From contig CAWJWJ010000002.1 of NCBI GenBank assembly GCA_963846575.1, positions 2,144,001-2,208,000 on the forward strand: DNA of 64,000 bases. The letters run 5' to 3'. Below are positions 1 to 9,014 of this stretch, one piece after another. This stretch comes from an uncultured Nitrospiraceae bacterium (GTDB taxonomy: Bacteria > Nitrospirota > Nitrospiria > Nitrospirales > Nitrospiraceae). The translations under genes and the position numbers were made by a program. How positions within the stretch are numbered: the stretch's first letter is position 1; each line of letters begins with the position of its first letter. The notes below the pieces were generated by a model, which saw nothing but the letters and a program-made list of their open reading frames with translations, did no database searches and had not been told where the DNA came from.

Positions 1-559
1 GTTGCCCCAGGACAGGCTCTGTAAATTGAGGATGATCTTGAAAGGTGACGGTCAGGGACGTCACATCCTCCAAGGCCCTCGCGGAGCCAGTCAGCATGAT
101 CGTGGAACTGGCAGGATCGAGCCGAATACTGTTCACTGCGATTCTCTGCGGGATAGCCCGTTCCAACTCCGTCAGGAACTTCGTCCAGGAGAAACTGCGC
201 TTCTCGATCAGCTGATTGGCAAATTCGATCTCCTTCGGCAGTATCAGCAAGGCCGCCTCCGAAAGATCGATACCTTCCTGTTGCGCATCTTTCAATAGTT
301 CACGGTCCCGGTCCAGAACCTGGGTCAGGGCCGATTCCATAGATTCAACCTCCTGCCAAGCCAGCCAGACCCGTGAAACGTCCCAGAGTATAATCACCCC
401 GATCGCCCCCGCCAGCAGCATGATTCCCAGGCGAAGCGGCGCGAGATACCAGCGGTACCGGCTGCTTAAGTTTATGGCGAATAGGCCGTCACGAGCAGAC
501 GGCTGCCCCAAACGTGCCACCACGTCACGAAGTGCAGCCATGACATTCCCTACGGCCAT
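1..559 (-). CDS. PilN/GspL-like assembly platform protein (runs off the window edge; not in the ORF track)
   Basis: Manual translation from ATG at 559: MAVGNVMAAL...AINLSSRYRW, one TM segment (LGIMLLAGAIGVIILW), coiled coil, then FSWTKFLTELERAIPQRIAVNSIRLD...IMLTGSA, typical of PilN. Directly follows the PilM-like gene. Confidence 0.8.
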   Translation of the reverse strand, partial: MAVGNVMAALRDVVARLGQPSARDGLFAINLSSRYRWYLAPLRLGIMLLAGAIGVIILWDVSRVWLAWQEVESMESALTQVLDRDRELLKDAQQEGIDLSEAALLILPKEIEFANQLIEKRSFSWTKFLTELERAIPQRIAVNSIRLDPASSTIMLTGSARALEDVTSLTVTFQDHPQFTEPVLGQ

Positions 560-562
560 GCG

Positions 563-1570
563 CTACACAACCCCCGCGATCGCCGGCAACGTGGCGCTCG
601 TCTGTGGACCCACAATCGTTCCCCCACCGTATTGCTGAACCCGGTCCCACTCCAGCCCTTTCACAGGCACACCCAGGCCCTTTTCCAACTGCTGCTGCAA
701 CCCAGCCCCCATGAGTTCATCGGCGACAAGGACCGTTTGAGTAATAGCCAAATCCGGCGTCTGCTGTTGGCAGGCATAGATAGAATCGGCACACTCCTGG
801 ACAATACGGTCGAGGCCCGCTTGTTCGGACCCCGGCGGCCATGACCCTCCCGATCCGATCCCGGCTTGCAGTTTTGAACGCAGGAAGACCAGCTCCCCCT
901 TGTGAAAAATAAACGCCGTCACACCGCCGTCCGTCGCATTGACCCACAAAAAGTCGGCCGTCAGCCGTCCGGCTGACAACAACCCCTGCGACCAGAGATT
1001 AAACAGGCGCAGACTCGACACATCCACTTCCTGAGGAATCAGTCCAGCGGCCTCACAGACGGATTCGTACTGAGCCAGCACAGATTCCTGAACCACGACG
1101 GCCAACACCGTACAGGGGCCGTCATCGGCTCCACCAGGCTCCGACAATATCTGCGAAAACACCCTGGCTCCGCTCAAGGATAGCAACTGTTCCTGCCCCA
1201 ACCGCCAACGCACGAGCGCATCGCGTTCCTGGGAACTCCAGGGCAACTCCTGGAGACGCAATACCGCCAGGCGTACGGCGAGATCAGGAAGGATCACGGT
1301 CGCCGCCCGAGGAACCCCTGCTGCTGAGGGTCGATCAGCGGAGCGGGAAATGGCGGATCCGGCGATCGCCCGAATATGAGATTCCAGCTCATGGGGCAAT
1401 ACGATATTAGGCTCCAACGGCGACAGCCGCATGACGCCTTCCGGAAGGGCCGACACCACGCACTGATAGCGCGGCCTCCCTCGCCAGTTCCGATGCACCT
1501 CGGCCCAGGCCAGATCATGGGCGCCGATCTTCAGGCAATATTGCGGACGGCTTGTGGTCCAATCCCACAT
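563..1570 (-). CDS. PilM/GspL-like cytoplasmic actin-fold assembly protein
   Basis: 335 aa; motifs ATVILPD, LVRWRL, VLAQYESVCEAAGL, FLRSK; lies between GspE and the PilN-like gene. Confidence 0.7.
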   Translation of the reverse strand: MWDWTTSRPQYCLKIGAHDLAWAEVHRNWRGRPRYQCVVSALPEGVMRLSPLEPNIVLPHELESHIRAIAGSAISRSADRPSAAGVPRAATVILPDLAVRLAVLRLQELPWSSQERDALVRWRLGQEQLLSLSGARVFSQILSEPGGADDGPCTVLAVVVQESVLAQYESVCEAAGLIPQEVDVSSLRLFNLWSQGLLSAGRLTADFLWVNATDGGVTAFIFHKGELVFLRSKLQAGIGSGGSWPPGSEQAGLDRIVQECADSIYACQQQTPDLAITQTVLVADELMGAGLQQQLEKGLGVPVKGLEWDRVQQYGGGTIVGPQTSATLPAIAGVV

Positions 1571-1573
1571 CAG

Positions 1574-3307
1574 TTATCGCTCTTCACTAAACGTCACGCG
1601 GTTGATTTCACGGAGCGTGGTTTCGCCGGCCAGCACTTTCTTCACCGCGGATTGCCGCAGCGTGATCATGCCATCCGTCACCGCGCGGTACCGAATTTCG
1701 GACAGCGCACGGTCGGCCAGGATCATTTCCTTGATCTCGTCCGTCAGGTCGAGGAATTCAGTGATGCACTTCCTGCCCCGGTACCCCGTCTCATGGCATT
1801 CGGAGCAGCCTTTCGCTTCATAAAACGGCGCGTTTTTGTACTGGTCGTAATCGAGGCCGGATTCCTCTGCCAGGTCAGGATCAAGTGTGACTTGATGCCG
1901 GCAATCGGGACAAATGATCCGGATCAACCGTTGCGCCAATACGCAAGTCAACGCCGCCAGAAAATTGTACGAATCGATGCCCATGGAGGCGAATCGCCCG
2001 ATCACGTCAAACACGTTATTGGCATGCACCGTCGTCAACACCAGATGGCCGGTCAACGCCGACTGAATGGCAATTTGCGCCGTTTCCGCGTCCCGAATCT
2101 CCCCGACCATGATCTTGTCCGGATCGTGCCGCAGAATCGACCGCAACCCCCTGGCAAACGTGAGTCCCTTTTTTTCGTTGACCGGGATCTGCACCACCCC
2201 CGGCAGCTGATATTCCACCGGATCTTCGATGGTAATCAGCTTGTCTTCCTGAATGTTCATTTCGCTGATGGCTGCGTAAAGAGTGGTGGTTTTCCCGCTT
2301 CCGGTCGGCCCGGTGACCAGCACCATTCCGTACGGTCTCGTAATTGCGCGACGGAATCGCTTGAGGTCTTCGGGATTGAATCCCAGCCGATCCAGCCGAA
2401 GAGTCGAGACGCCGGTGGTAATCGCTTCACGGTCCAGAATGCGGATCACCACAGACTCACCAAACACGCTCGGCAAAATCGAGACACGAAAATCGACGGT
2501 TTTGCGGTCCAGCCGCATCCGGAAGCTCCCATCTTGCGGCACCCGGCGCTCAGCGATGTCGAGATCCGACATGACTTTCAGGCGGGAAACCAAGGGGGGA
2601 TGCAGTTTGACGTCGAGTGGATCCATGGCCGACACCAGAATTCCGTCCACTCGAAACTTCACGGAGGTGGCGCGGTCTGACGCTTCAATGTGAATGTCGC
2701 TGGCCCGCCGCTGCATGGCGCTTAACAGAATCGTATCCAGCAATTTAACGACGGGGTTCTGGTCTTCACCGAAGTGATCGACGGTCAAGACCTCCTCGCC
2801 TCGTTCATCCTCCTTGACCAGGACTGACCGGTACTCGGCTTCCAGCTCGCGAAGCGCTTGACTCGACCCCTCGCTGCGCTCCAAGGCGGCCTGAATGGCT
2901 GACCGGGAACTGACCACATAATGCAAGGTACGATTCAAGAGGATTTCCAGCTCATCCAGAGCGAGGAGGTTTTGAGGGTCCGATATCGCAATGGTCAAGA
3001 CACCCGCCTCATCCTTCACGGGCACGAACGGGTGACGCCGCATCAGCTTCACCGAAATGGTGTGATAAAATTCGGAATCCACGCGGAAACCCGTGAGGGG
3101 ATCGTAGGGAAAGCCGTATTGCGAGGCTAATGCCTGCGCCAATTGAGCTTCTGAAATCACGCCCTCTTCGACTAACGTTTGCCCCAACGCCGTGATGTTG
3201 CCACCTAGACGAGCTATAGCCTGGTCGACGGTCCGCCTCGGCAAAATTCCCTCGCGGACCATCACATCGGCCAGTGATGGACGAGTGAGATGACGTTGCA
3301 TCAGCAT
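1574..3307 (-). CDS. gspE: Type II secretion/type IV pilus assembly ATPase (GspE/PulE family)
   Basis: Walker A GPTGSGKTT, TIEDPVE, LRHDPDKIMVGEIRD, His box TGHLVLTTVH, tetracysteine CPDC...CSEC. Confidence 0.95.
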   Translation of the reverse strand: MLMQRHLTRPSLADVMVREGILPRRTVDQAIARLGGNITALGQTLVEEGVISEAQLAQALASQYGFPYDPLTGFRVDSEFYHTISVKLMRRHPFVPVKDEAGVLTIAISDPQNLLALDELEILLNRTLHYVVSSRSAIQAALERSEGSSQALRELEAEYRSVLVKEDERGEEVLTVDHFGEDQNPVVKLLDTILLSAMQRRASDIHIEASDRATSVKFRVDGILVSAMDPLDVKLHPPLVSRLKVMSDLDIAERRVPQDGSFRMRLDRKTVDFRVSILPSVFGESVVIRILDREAITTGVSTLRLDRLGFNPEDLKRFRRAITRPYGMVLVTGPTGSGKTTTLYAAISEMNIQEDKLITIEDPVEYQLPGVVQIPVNEKKGLTFARGLRSILRHDPDKIMVGEIRDAETAQIAIQSALTGHLVLTTVHANNVFDVIGRFASMGIDSYNFLAALTCVLAQRLIRIICPDCRHQVTLDPDLAEESGLDYDQYKNAPFYEAKGCSECHETGYRGRKCITEFLDLTDEIKEMILADRALSEIRYRAVTDGMITLRQSAVKKVLAGETTLREINRVTFSEER

Positions 3308-3377
3308 CTTGAATCCCCTCCCAACCTACGCGGATACGCCATGCGGACATCGCCCGCCCGCCTCATGCTAACCGTAA

Positions 3378-4592
3378 CTACTGAACAGTCCCCGCCATTT
3401 GGAAAATAGGCAGATACATGATAATGACGATGCCCCCGACCAGGAGACCCATCACCAGCAAGAGGACCGGTTCGATCCAGGTGGTTAACTGACTGAGCCG
3501 CACATCGAGGTCGCCTTCGTAAAATTCAGCCACGTCTCGTAGCATCGGCTCCAAGGAGCCCGTCTCCTCTCCGACCGATAACATTTCAATTGCGAGCTTC
3601 GGCAAGATTTGCGGTCGCTCGATGGCCGCGGCCAGCGTGCTGCCTTCCCGAATTTCATTCACGGCCGAGACCAATCCACGCGAGACAAACCGGTTGGACA
3701 CGGCGCCGCGGGCAATTTCCAGCGCTTCAACTAGAGGCGTGCCGCCGGCCAGAACGGTGGCCAGCGTGCGGGTCAACTGAATCGTATGGTGCTCTACGAG
3801 AATCATCCCGAGGAGAGGCAATCGCAACAACTGCCGGTCCACGGTCAATCGACCGGCTGAAGTCTGGTACCAAGTCCGCCCCATGACCGTCGCCACCGCG
3901 ATGACGATCGCCACCGGGATCAGCTGCGCCTGTCCGATGTGGATCGCCGCAATCAGCACGCGTGTCGGCGTCGGCAAATTGGCCGATGATTCTCCATAGA
4001 CCGACACGAACGTCGGCATGACATAACTCAAGAGAAAGCCGACCACCGCGATGCCGACAACTACCAGAAAGGCCGGATAAGCCAGCGCTTTGGTCACTTT
4101 CTGTCGCAGAGCAATCATTAGTTTTAGATAGGCGATGTACCGCTGTAAAACCTCCGATAAATTCCCCGATTGCTCTCCCGCGCGAATCGTGGCGAGATAT
4201 AACTCCGAAAAATAGGTGGAATGCTTCGCCAGGGCCTCGGAAGCCGAGGCGCCTCCTCGAATATCCTGCCGAACGGCTTTGAGTGCCTCTCGGAACGGAG
4301 CCCGCTGGGTACGATCGATGAGGAGATCCCAGACCCGTAAGACCGGTAATCCGGCCTTGATCAATGCCAGCAGCTCTTGATTGAAGACAAGGAAGTCTTG
4401 AAGGGGAAGTTTGCCCCACCGTCCCCCGCTAAGCCCCGGGACGCCCAAGCCTGTTCCCCGCTTGGCGATACGAAACACCAGGAGCCCGTCGGATTCAAGC
4501 TTTGCGCGCACCAGTTGCTCGTCATCGCCTTCGATATGGCCCTCGAAGGTGGTTCCATCCGCGCGAGCCGCTCTGTAAGCAAACACAGCCAT
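3378..4592 (-). CDS. gspF: Type II secretion inner-membrane platform protein (GspF/PilC family)
   Basis: 404 aa; AGEQSGNL, ALAYP, VGEETGSL, IEP...YLPIF motifs; three TM segments. Confidence 0.93.
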   Translation of the reverse strand: MAVFAYRAARADGTTFEGHIEGDDEQLVRAKLESDGLLVFRIAKRGTGLGVPGLSGGRWGKLPLQDFLVFNQELLALIKAGLPVLRVWDLLIDRTQRAPFREALKAVRQDIRGGASASEALAKHSTYFSELYLATIRAGEQSGNLSEVLQRYIAYLKLMIALRQKVTKALAYPAFLVVVGIAVVGFLLSYVMPTFVSVYGESSANLPTPTRVLIAAIHIGQAQLIPVAIVIAVATVMGRTWYQTSAGRLTVDRQLLRLPLLGMILVEHHTIQLTRTLATVLAGGTPLVEALEIARGAVSNRFVSRGLVSAVNEIREGSTLAAAIERPQILPKLAIEMLSVGEETGSLEPMLRDVAEFYEGDLDVRLSQLTTWIEPVLLLVMGLLVGGIVIIMYLPIFQMAGTVQ

Positions 4593-4634
4593 GGGATCAT
4601 TGGAGGCAACATATTGCCCGGCTATCGCCGGCGT

Positions 4635-5470
4635 CTATCGAACGAACGCGCCGATGGAGGCTTGCGAGTCCATCTGCTGGATACGGGGCTCCGGCAACCG
4701 GAGCGTTCGACCAGTCACGATGAGGTTGCCGGACAACCGGTTGAGTGATCGAAGCGCATCGAGGCTTACCTTATGACGACGCGACAGCCGCCACAGCGTA
4801 TCGCCTTCCTGGACGGTAACCGTTCGTACTGCTGTCAGTGGTACAATTTCCGGCGTCGCCGCCGGCCCGGTCTCGGATTCTTCTGCACCCTGTCCGGTCT
4901 CGCCTGGAACCGGGGCATTTTCCGGGATGGAGACATCCTCTTTGGCCAGCGGCAGGACGATTGCCTTCTCGCGGGGACCAGCTAGTGCCGGTACGACACT
5001 GTCCGGGCCGGACGAGCCATCTTGCCCATATAGGGCAAGACGGTCGTGGGCTGTCGGAGCCGGCTATGCTGCGGTCGAACGGCTTGCGCGATTCGTTCCC
5101 GTTCCACCCGGGCAGACGCTAATTCCTCACGCTGCAACTCAATGATTTGCCGTGCCTCCCCCAGGCGACGTTCCGTCTCACGCAACATGCCCTGGAGTTG
5201 TGCCTTGGCGACCTGGGCATCTGCCAGGTCTTTCCGCTGATCCTCAAGCTCGGTTCGCAAATCTGCAGCCGTTCGCTGGGCTTCGCGTACCGCCATTTTG
5301 AGCGAGTCCGCCGCCACCTGCAGGTCGGAATGGGGCGGCTCGCCGATCGGCTCCAGTCTTGCGCAGCCAACCCACAGGGGGATGAGCAGCACACTTGCCG
5401 CCCAGCATGCGGCTCTCAGACCGAGGGTTTCTCGACGCACGGGAACATATCGTTGGATCAGGGTGTTCAT
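4635..5470 (-). pseudogene. Lipoprotein + coiled coil + linker + LysM domain protein, interrupted by a frameshift between about 4985 and 5063
   Basis: The 5' part (ATG about 5470, LWVGC lipobox, coiled coil) stops at TAG 4982-4984. A second frame, open 5063 to 4635 with no start codon before the domain, encodes VRTVTVQEGDTLWRLSRRHKVSLDALRSLNRLSGNLIVTGRTLRLP (LysM, about 4692-4829). Confidence 0.8.
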
Positions 5471-5474
5471 AACA

Positions 5475-5882
5475 TTACCATTGGTTATAAGGAACGCCAT
5501 TTGTGCCCACGAGCTCGGATCCTGAAAACACATCGACCATGCCGCCTTCTCCCTGGTCTACCATTTCCTGCCATGACGAGGTAGACGCCGTGATCGGATC
5601 GGTCGGTACCCGCCGGAGATATCCGGCCGATACCAGGGCCTCAATACTCTCAGGATACTTCCCTTTATCCGCCCGATGCTGATCGATCACATCCCGCAAG
5701 GAGAACAGATCCTGGCGCAACGCGCCTTCCTTGGCCTTGATGATCGCAGCGTGGTAGGACGGAACCGCTAGAGTAGCGAGGATTCCGACAATCGTCACCA
5801 CAATCATCAACTCGATAATCGTGAATCCCCGAGGGGACGAAATCGGCCATGCGCGATTACCACTCTCGGTACTTACTCCCAT
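5475..5882 (-). CDS. Type II secretion pseudopilin (GspG/OxpG-like)
   Basis: Prepilin motif G|FTIIELMIVVTIVGILATLAVP; KEGALRQDL, YLRRVPTDPIT. Start uncertain: ORF track gives 5933; ATG 5882 gives a shorter overlap. Confidence 0.9.
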   Translation of the reverse strand: MGVSTESGNRAWPISSPRGFTIIELMIVVTIVGILATLAVPSYHAAIIKAKEGALRQDLFSLRDVIDQHRADKGKYPESIEALVSAGYLRRVPTDPITASTSSWQEMVDQGEGGMVDVFSGSELVGTNGVPYNQW

Positions 5883-6363
5883 CCAAGGCAAGATCTTGAC
5901 TCTGGCTCGTGACATCGTACACGTCTTCTCCACACCAATCTTTGACGCTGGGCGGATCTCGGTAACACCGCATGCGCCAATCCGTGGCTCCGGTCATAGG
6001 ATCCGGGGGGATTGAACGCAGATACCGCTTGATCGTCGTTCCACGCACGTTGGCCTGCTCGCCCGTCAGCTTCACTCCCAGTAAGACGTCCAGTGATTTC
6101 GGATACCCGAACGGACCGGTCACATCCTTACAGCTTAACCGATTCTTCACACAGGCTGGTCCGGTCAACGTATCACCGTCACGCGACCATTCGAGACGGA
6201 ACGCATCAATCGCCCCTCGAATTATCCTCAGGTTCTGCCGCAGTTCGATTTCTTTCGTGCGCTTGGATGACACCTTCGTGAACGGCAGCGCAACCGAGGC
6301 TAAGATGGTGAGAATGGTCAACGTGACGAGCAACTCGAGCAGCGTGACGCCGGACTGCTTCAC
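5857..6363 (-). CDS. Type II secretion pseudopilin (PulG-like)
   Basis: G|VTLLELLVTLTILTILASVALP prepilin motif; KEIELRQNL, RYLRSIPPDPMTG, EDVYDV. Confidence 0.9.
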   Translation of the reverse strand: MKQSGVTLLELLVTLTILTILASVALPFTKVSSKRTKEIELRQNLRIIRGAIDAFRLEWSRDGDTLTGPACVKNRLSCKDVTGPFGYPKSLDVLLGVKLTGEQANVRGTTIKRYLRSIPPDPMTGATDWRMRCYRDPPSVKDWCGEDVYDVTSQSQDLALDGSKYREW

Positions 6364-8753
6364 CGCACTCTCACCACTCCCTTAGCTTCGACCACGTCTT
6401 CCGGCCCCTCCACCCCAGCGTGCTTTGCTCCGAGCAGATGTACCGACGACACGCCCGGAGCCTTGGCCAGAAAGGTTACCCTCAGAAGCCGCCCTTCATC
6501 TTTGTGAGCAGTCGTGGCGCGATGGAGACGCAGCTCGACGACCCCCTCTGCCGAATGCGGGGTCACCGCTACCGCAGCCTTACCCGCTTCCATGCCCAAC
6601 ACTTCGCCCTGAGCCGCATCCCGAAACTCGAGAATCTGAGGATCATAATTGAGTTCAAACGTCTCGCGCTCCAGCCCCAACACATGTTTACCTATGACAT
6701 CGAGGCGAAACTCCTTGCCCAGCTGCACAACCGCATCGGCCGGCTGAATGGACAATTCCAACCCAGTCGGGACCACTTCCGTCACCGAGGCTTCTCCTTT
6801 GGCCTTTTTCGAAGCACTCTTTTGAAAGCCCGTCGCCAAATCGGAGGAGACCGAGGCGCGAGCCACCACTTTCTTCGGCTGCATGGCAAACAACGGAGAG
6901 GTCGCATACACGGACTCGGTCCCAGACCAGAAGGCCTGGTCTTGTGGTCCCGGAATTCTGACGGAATTCATGATATGCGGAGTGATTGTGAGGATGACCT
7001 CCGTCGTGACGCGCTGGGTTTTAAACGAACTGATGAGATTGCCCAGGAAAGGAATGTCGCCGATCCAGGGGATCGTGACTTTGGTCCGGCGATCTTCTTC
7101 CTGCAAGAGGCCCCCCAGCACAATGGTTTCCCCGTCACGTACATTCAACATTGTTTCGGCGGACCGGTTGCCGAACTTAAACTGCGTGATCGGCGGAGAT
7201 TGTTGCAACAGCACGGTGTCCCCCAGGCGAATCACTTCGATCTTCATCTTCAGGGAGAGCTCGCTTCCCAGATGGATGTTCGGTTCGACCGTCAATTTCA
7301 CCCCGGTGTCGCGAAACTCGATGGAAGTGACCGTGGAGGTGGTGGGGACGGCGCCGGTTGCCGCCTGCCCCGGCAACACGTTCGTCGTGGACAACAGGAT
7401 CGGTTGCTTGTCGCCGATATTGACCTCGGCTTTCTTGTTGTTCAGCACCCGCACCTTCGGCGCCGCCAGGGTCTTCGCATCGGTAATCTGTTTGAAAAAA
7501 TCCAACTGCACATTCGTGGGGACTTTGAACAAGTAACTATCCTGTCCCAAGCCGGCAAGGTTCCGATAGGTGAACTGCTGCGCGATGTCTCCCGCGATCA
7601 TCCCCGTGAATCCCGGTGGAACCAGCGAGGCCCCGATTTGTTTCGGATAATTCAATCCATAGGTCTGGTCGACCGTTCGATTGACCTCCAATACCTCTAC
7701 GTCAAAGAGCACCTCGGAATCCTCGCGATCATTGGCGTGAATGATTTTTTCCGCGAGCTCGACCTTCTCGGGTTGGTCGCGAATGACAATGGTATTCAGA
7801 GGCTCGTTGCCATGGATATGCTTCACATCCAGCATAGTCTTCAGCAAGGCAACCATGTCCTTGGCCTTGGCAGTGGACAGGTAAAATGTCCGTATGATGA
7901 GATCCTGATACTGCTCCTGCTTCTGTTTGGTGTTCGGGCTGATGATAAAGAGAGACGGTCCCGCCTTCTGGGCGAACAGACTGTTGCTGTTCAGCACCAG
8001 CGTGAGCGCCTCGTCAAAGGGTTTATCTTCCAAGGATACGGTCACGGGATCATTGCGCACATCCTTGTCGAACACAAAGTTGACTCGCGCTGCCTTACCC
8101 AACGCTTCCAGGACTTCCTTCAATCCGGCATTTCGGAACTGCAATGTCACGGGCTGTTTCTGTCGGTCGTCGCGACCCACGGCATGTTGTTCCTCGGAGA
8201 GTCGTGCCACCCCCTCAATGGCTTCCTTATATGTCGGATCCAGTTCAATCGCCCGCTGATACACCTCCATCGCCTCACTCACTCGACCGAGCTGCACCAA
8301 GCGTTCCGCCTCTCGAAAGCGATCCCGAGCTTCCTTTAATCGAAACGCTTCGGCCAGACCAGACTCGTGGTCTTTGCTGGTCGGTTCGATCGTCAAGGCT
8401 CGTTTAAACTCTTCAGCGGCCTGATCCAATTGACGATCCTTCAAGAGTTGACGTCCCCGCTCCTCATGCATGGCGGCCGCCCGCTCCCTGGAAATCGCAT
8501 ACTTGTTTTGCAGCGAAGGCTCAAACGGGTCATCCTTCAACGCCTGACGATAGGCAACCGAGGCTTCTTCCCAGTTGCCAGCAGCGAGATGCTGATCGCC
8601 ACGTTTGACATCAGGAGACGTCAGCGTTCCACACGCTGTGGTGATGAGGGCACCACACAGCACCCCGACTACTGCGAGGAAGCGGTGGCGGATCGAAATA
8701 TGCGTCATGGCATGCGTCACAGGGAGGGGTGAAGACATAAATCGGATCAACAA
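6360..8753 (-). CDS. gspD: Secretin (GspD/PulQ-like) with lipoprotein signal, TPR repeats and C-terminal cohesin-like domain
   Basis: LITTAC lipobox; TPR-like helices; STN/N domains; secretin core (LAAPKVRVLNNKKAEVNIGDK, DGETIVLGGLL, IPWIGDIPFLG, ILTITPHI); beta-rich tail FELNYDPQILEF. True start probably about 8708-8738. Confidence 0.92.
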   Translation of the reverse strand: MLIRFMSSPLPVTHAMTHISIRHRFLAVVGVLCGALITTACGTLTSPDVKRGDQHLAAGNWEEASVAYRQALKDDPFEPSLQNKYAISRERAAAMHEERGRQLLKDRQLDQAAEEFKRALTIEPTSKDHESGLAEAFRLKEARDRFREAERLVQLGRVSEAMEVYQRAIELDPTYKEAIEGVARLSEEQHAVGRDDRQKQPVTLQFRNAGLKEVLEALGKAARVNFVFDKDVRNDPVTVSLEDKPFDEALTLVLNSNSLFAQKAGPSLFIISPNTKQKQEQYQDLIIRTFYLSTAKAKDMVALLKTMLDVKHIHGNEPLNTIVIRDQPEKVELAEKIIHANDREDSEVLFDVEVLEVNRTVDQTYGLNYPKQIGASLVPPGFTGMIAGDIAQQFTYRNLAGLGQDSYLFKVPTNVQLDFFKQITDAKTLAAPKVRVLNNKKAEVNIGDKQPILLSTTNVLPGQAATGAVPTTSTVTSIEFRDTGVKLTVEPNIHLGSELSLKMKIEVIRLGDTVLLQQSPPITQFKFGNRSAETMLNVRDGETIVLGGLLQEEDRRTKVTIPWIGDIPFLGNLISSFKTQRVTTEVILTITPHIMNSVRIPGPQDQAFWSGTESVYATSPLFAMQPKKVVARASVSSDLATGFQKSASKKAKGEASVTEVVPTGLELSIQPADAVVQLGKEFRLDVIGKHVLGLERETFELNYDPQILEFRDAAQGEVLGMEAGKAAVAVTPHSAEGVVELRLHRATTAHKDEGRLLRVTFLAKAPGVSSVHLLGAKHAGVEGPEDVVEAKGVVRVR

Positions 8754-8833
8754 GGTTACAACCTCTTTGGTATATCAAACTGCATCAGGTGCGACAATCA
8801 GTTTCTCGCTTTACAAGAGCGGCGCAGGGCCAT

Positions 8834-8864
8834 CGTCTCGTTCCTCTTCGGCAGAAACGAGACG
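8834..8864. terminator. Intergenic hairpin between the dehydrogenase gene and the secretin gene
   Basis: CGTCTCGTT (8834-8842) pairs with AACGAGACG (8856-8864). No clear U-tract, so the function is uncertain. Confidence 0.3.
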
Positions 8865-9014
8865 CGGCATGAGCCTGCTACAAGGTCACCGGCTATGAAA
8901 AGGCAAGAAAACGGGACGATGTCTGCGGACAGTGAGAGAAAACGTCTTGAACGGAATTCGATAGCACGATGGGAAGAGAGACCCGAGAGACTCGCTCCTC
9001 AGACCGACGACTCT

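Noticed and set aside
1376..2680. 434-aa plus-strand ORF
   Set aside because: Antisense shadow of gspE and the pilM-like gene.
4985..5063. Programmed ribosomal frameshift in the LysM gene
   Set aside because: No slippery heptamer or homopolymer run seen; a simple indel (mutation or sequencing error) is more parsimonious.
6420..8339. 639-aa plus-strand ORF
   Set aside because: Antisense shadow of the secretin gene with no recognisable motifs; long antisense ORFs are common opposite GC-rich genes.
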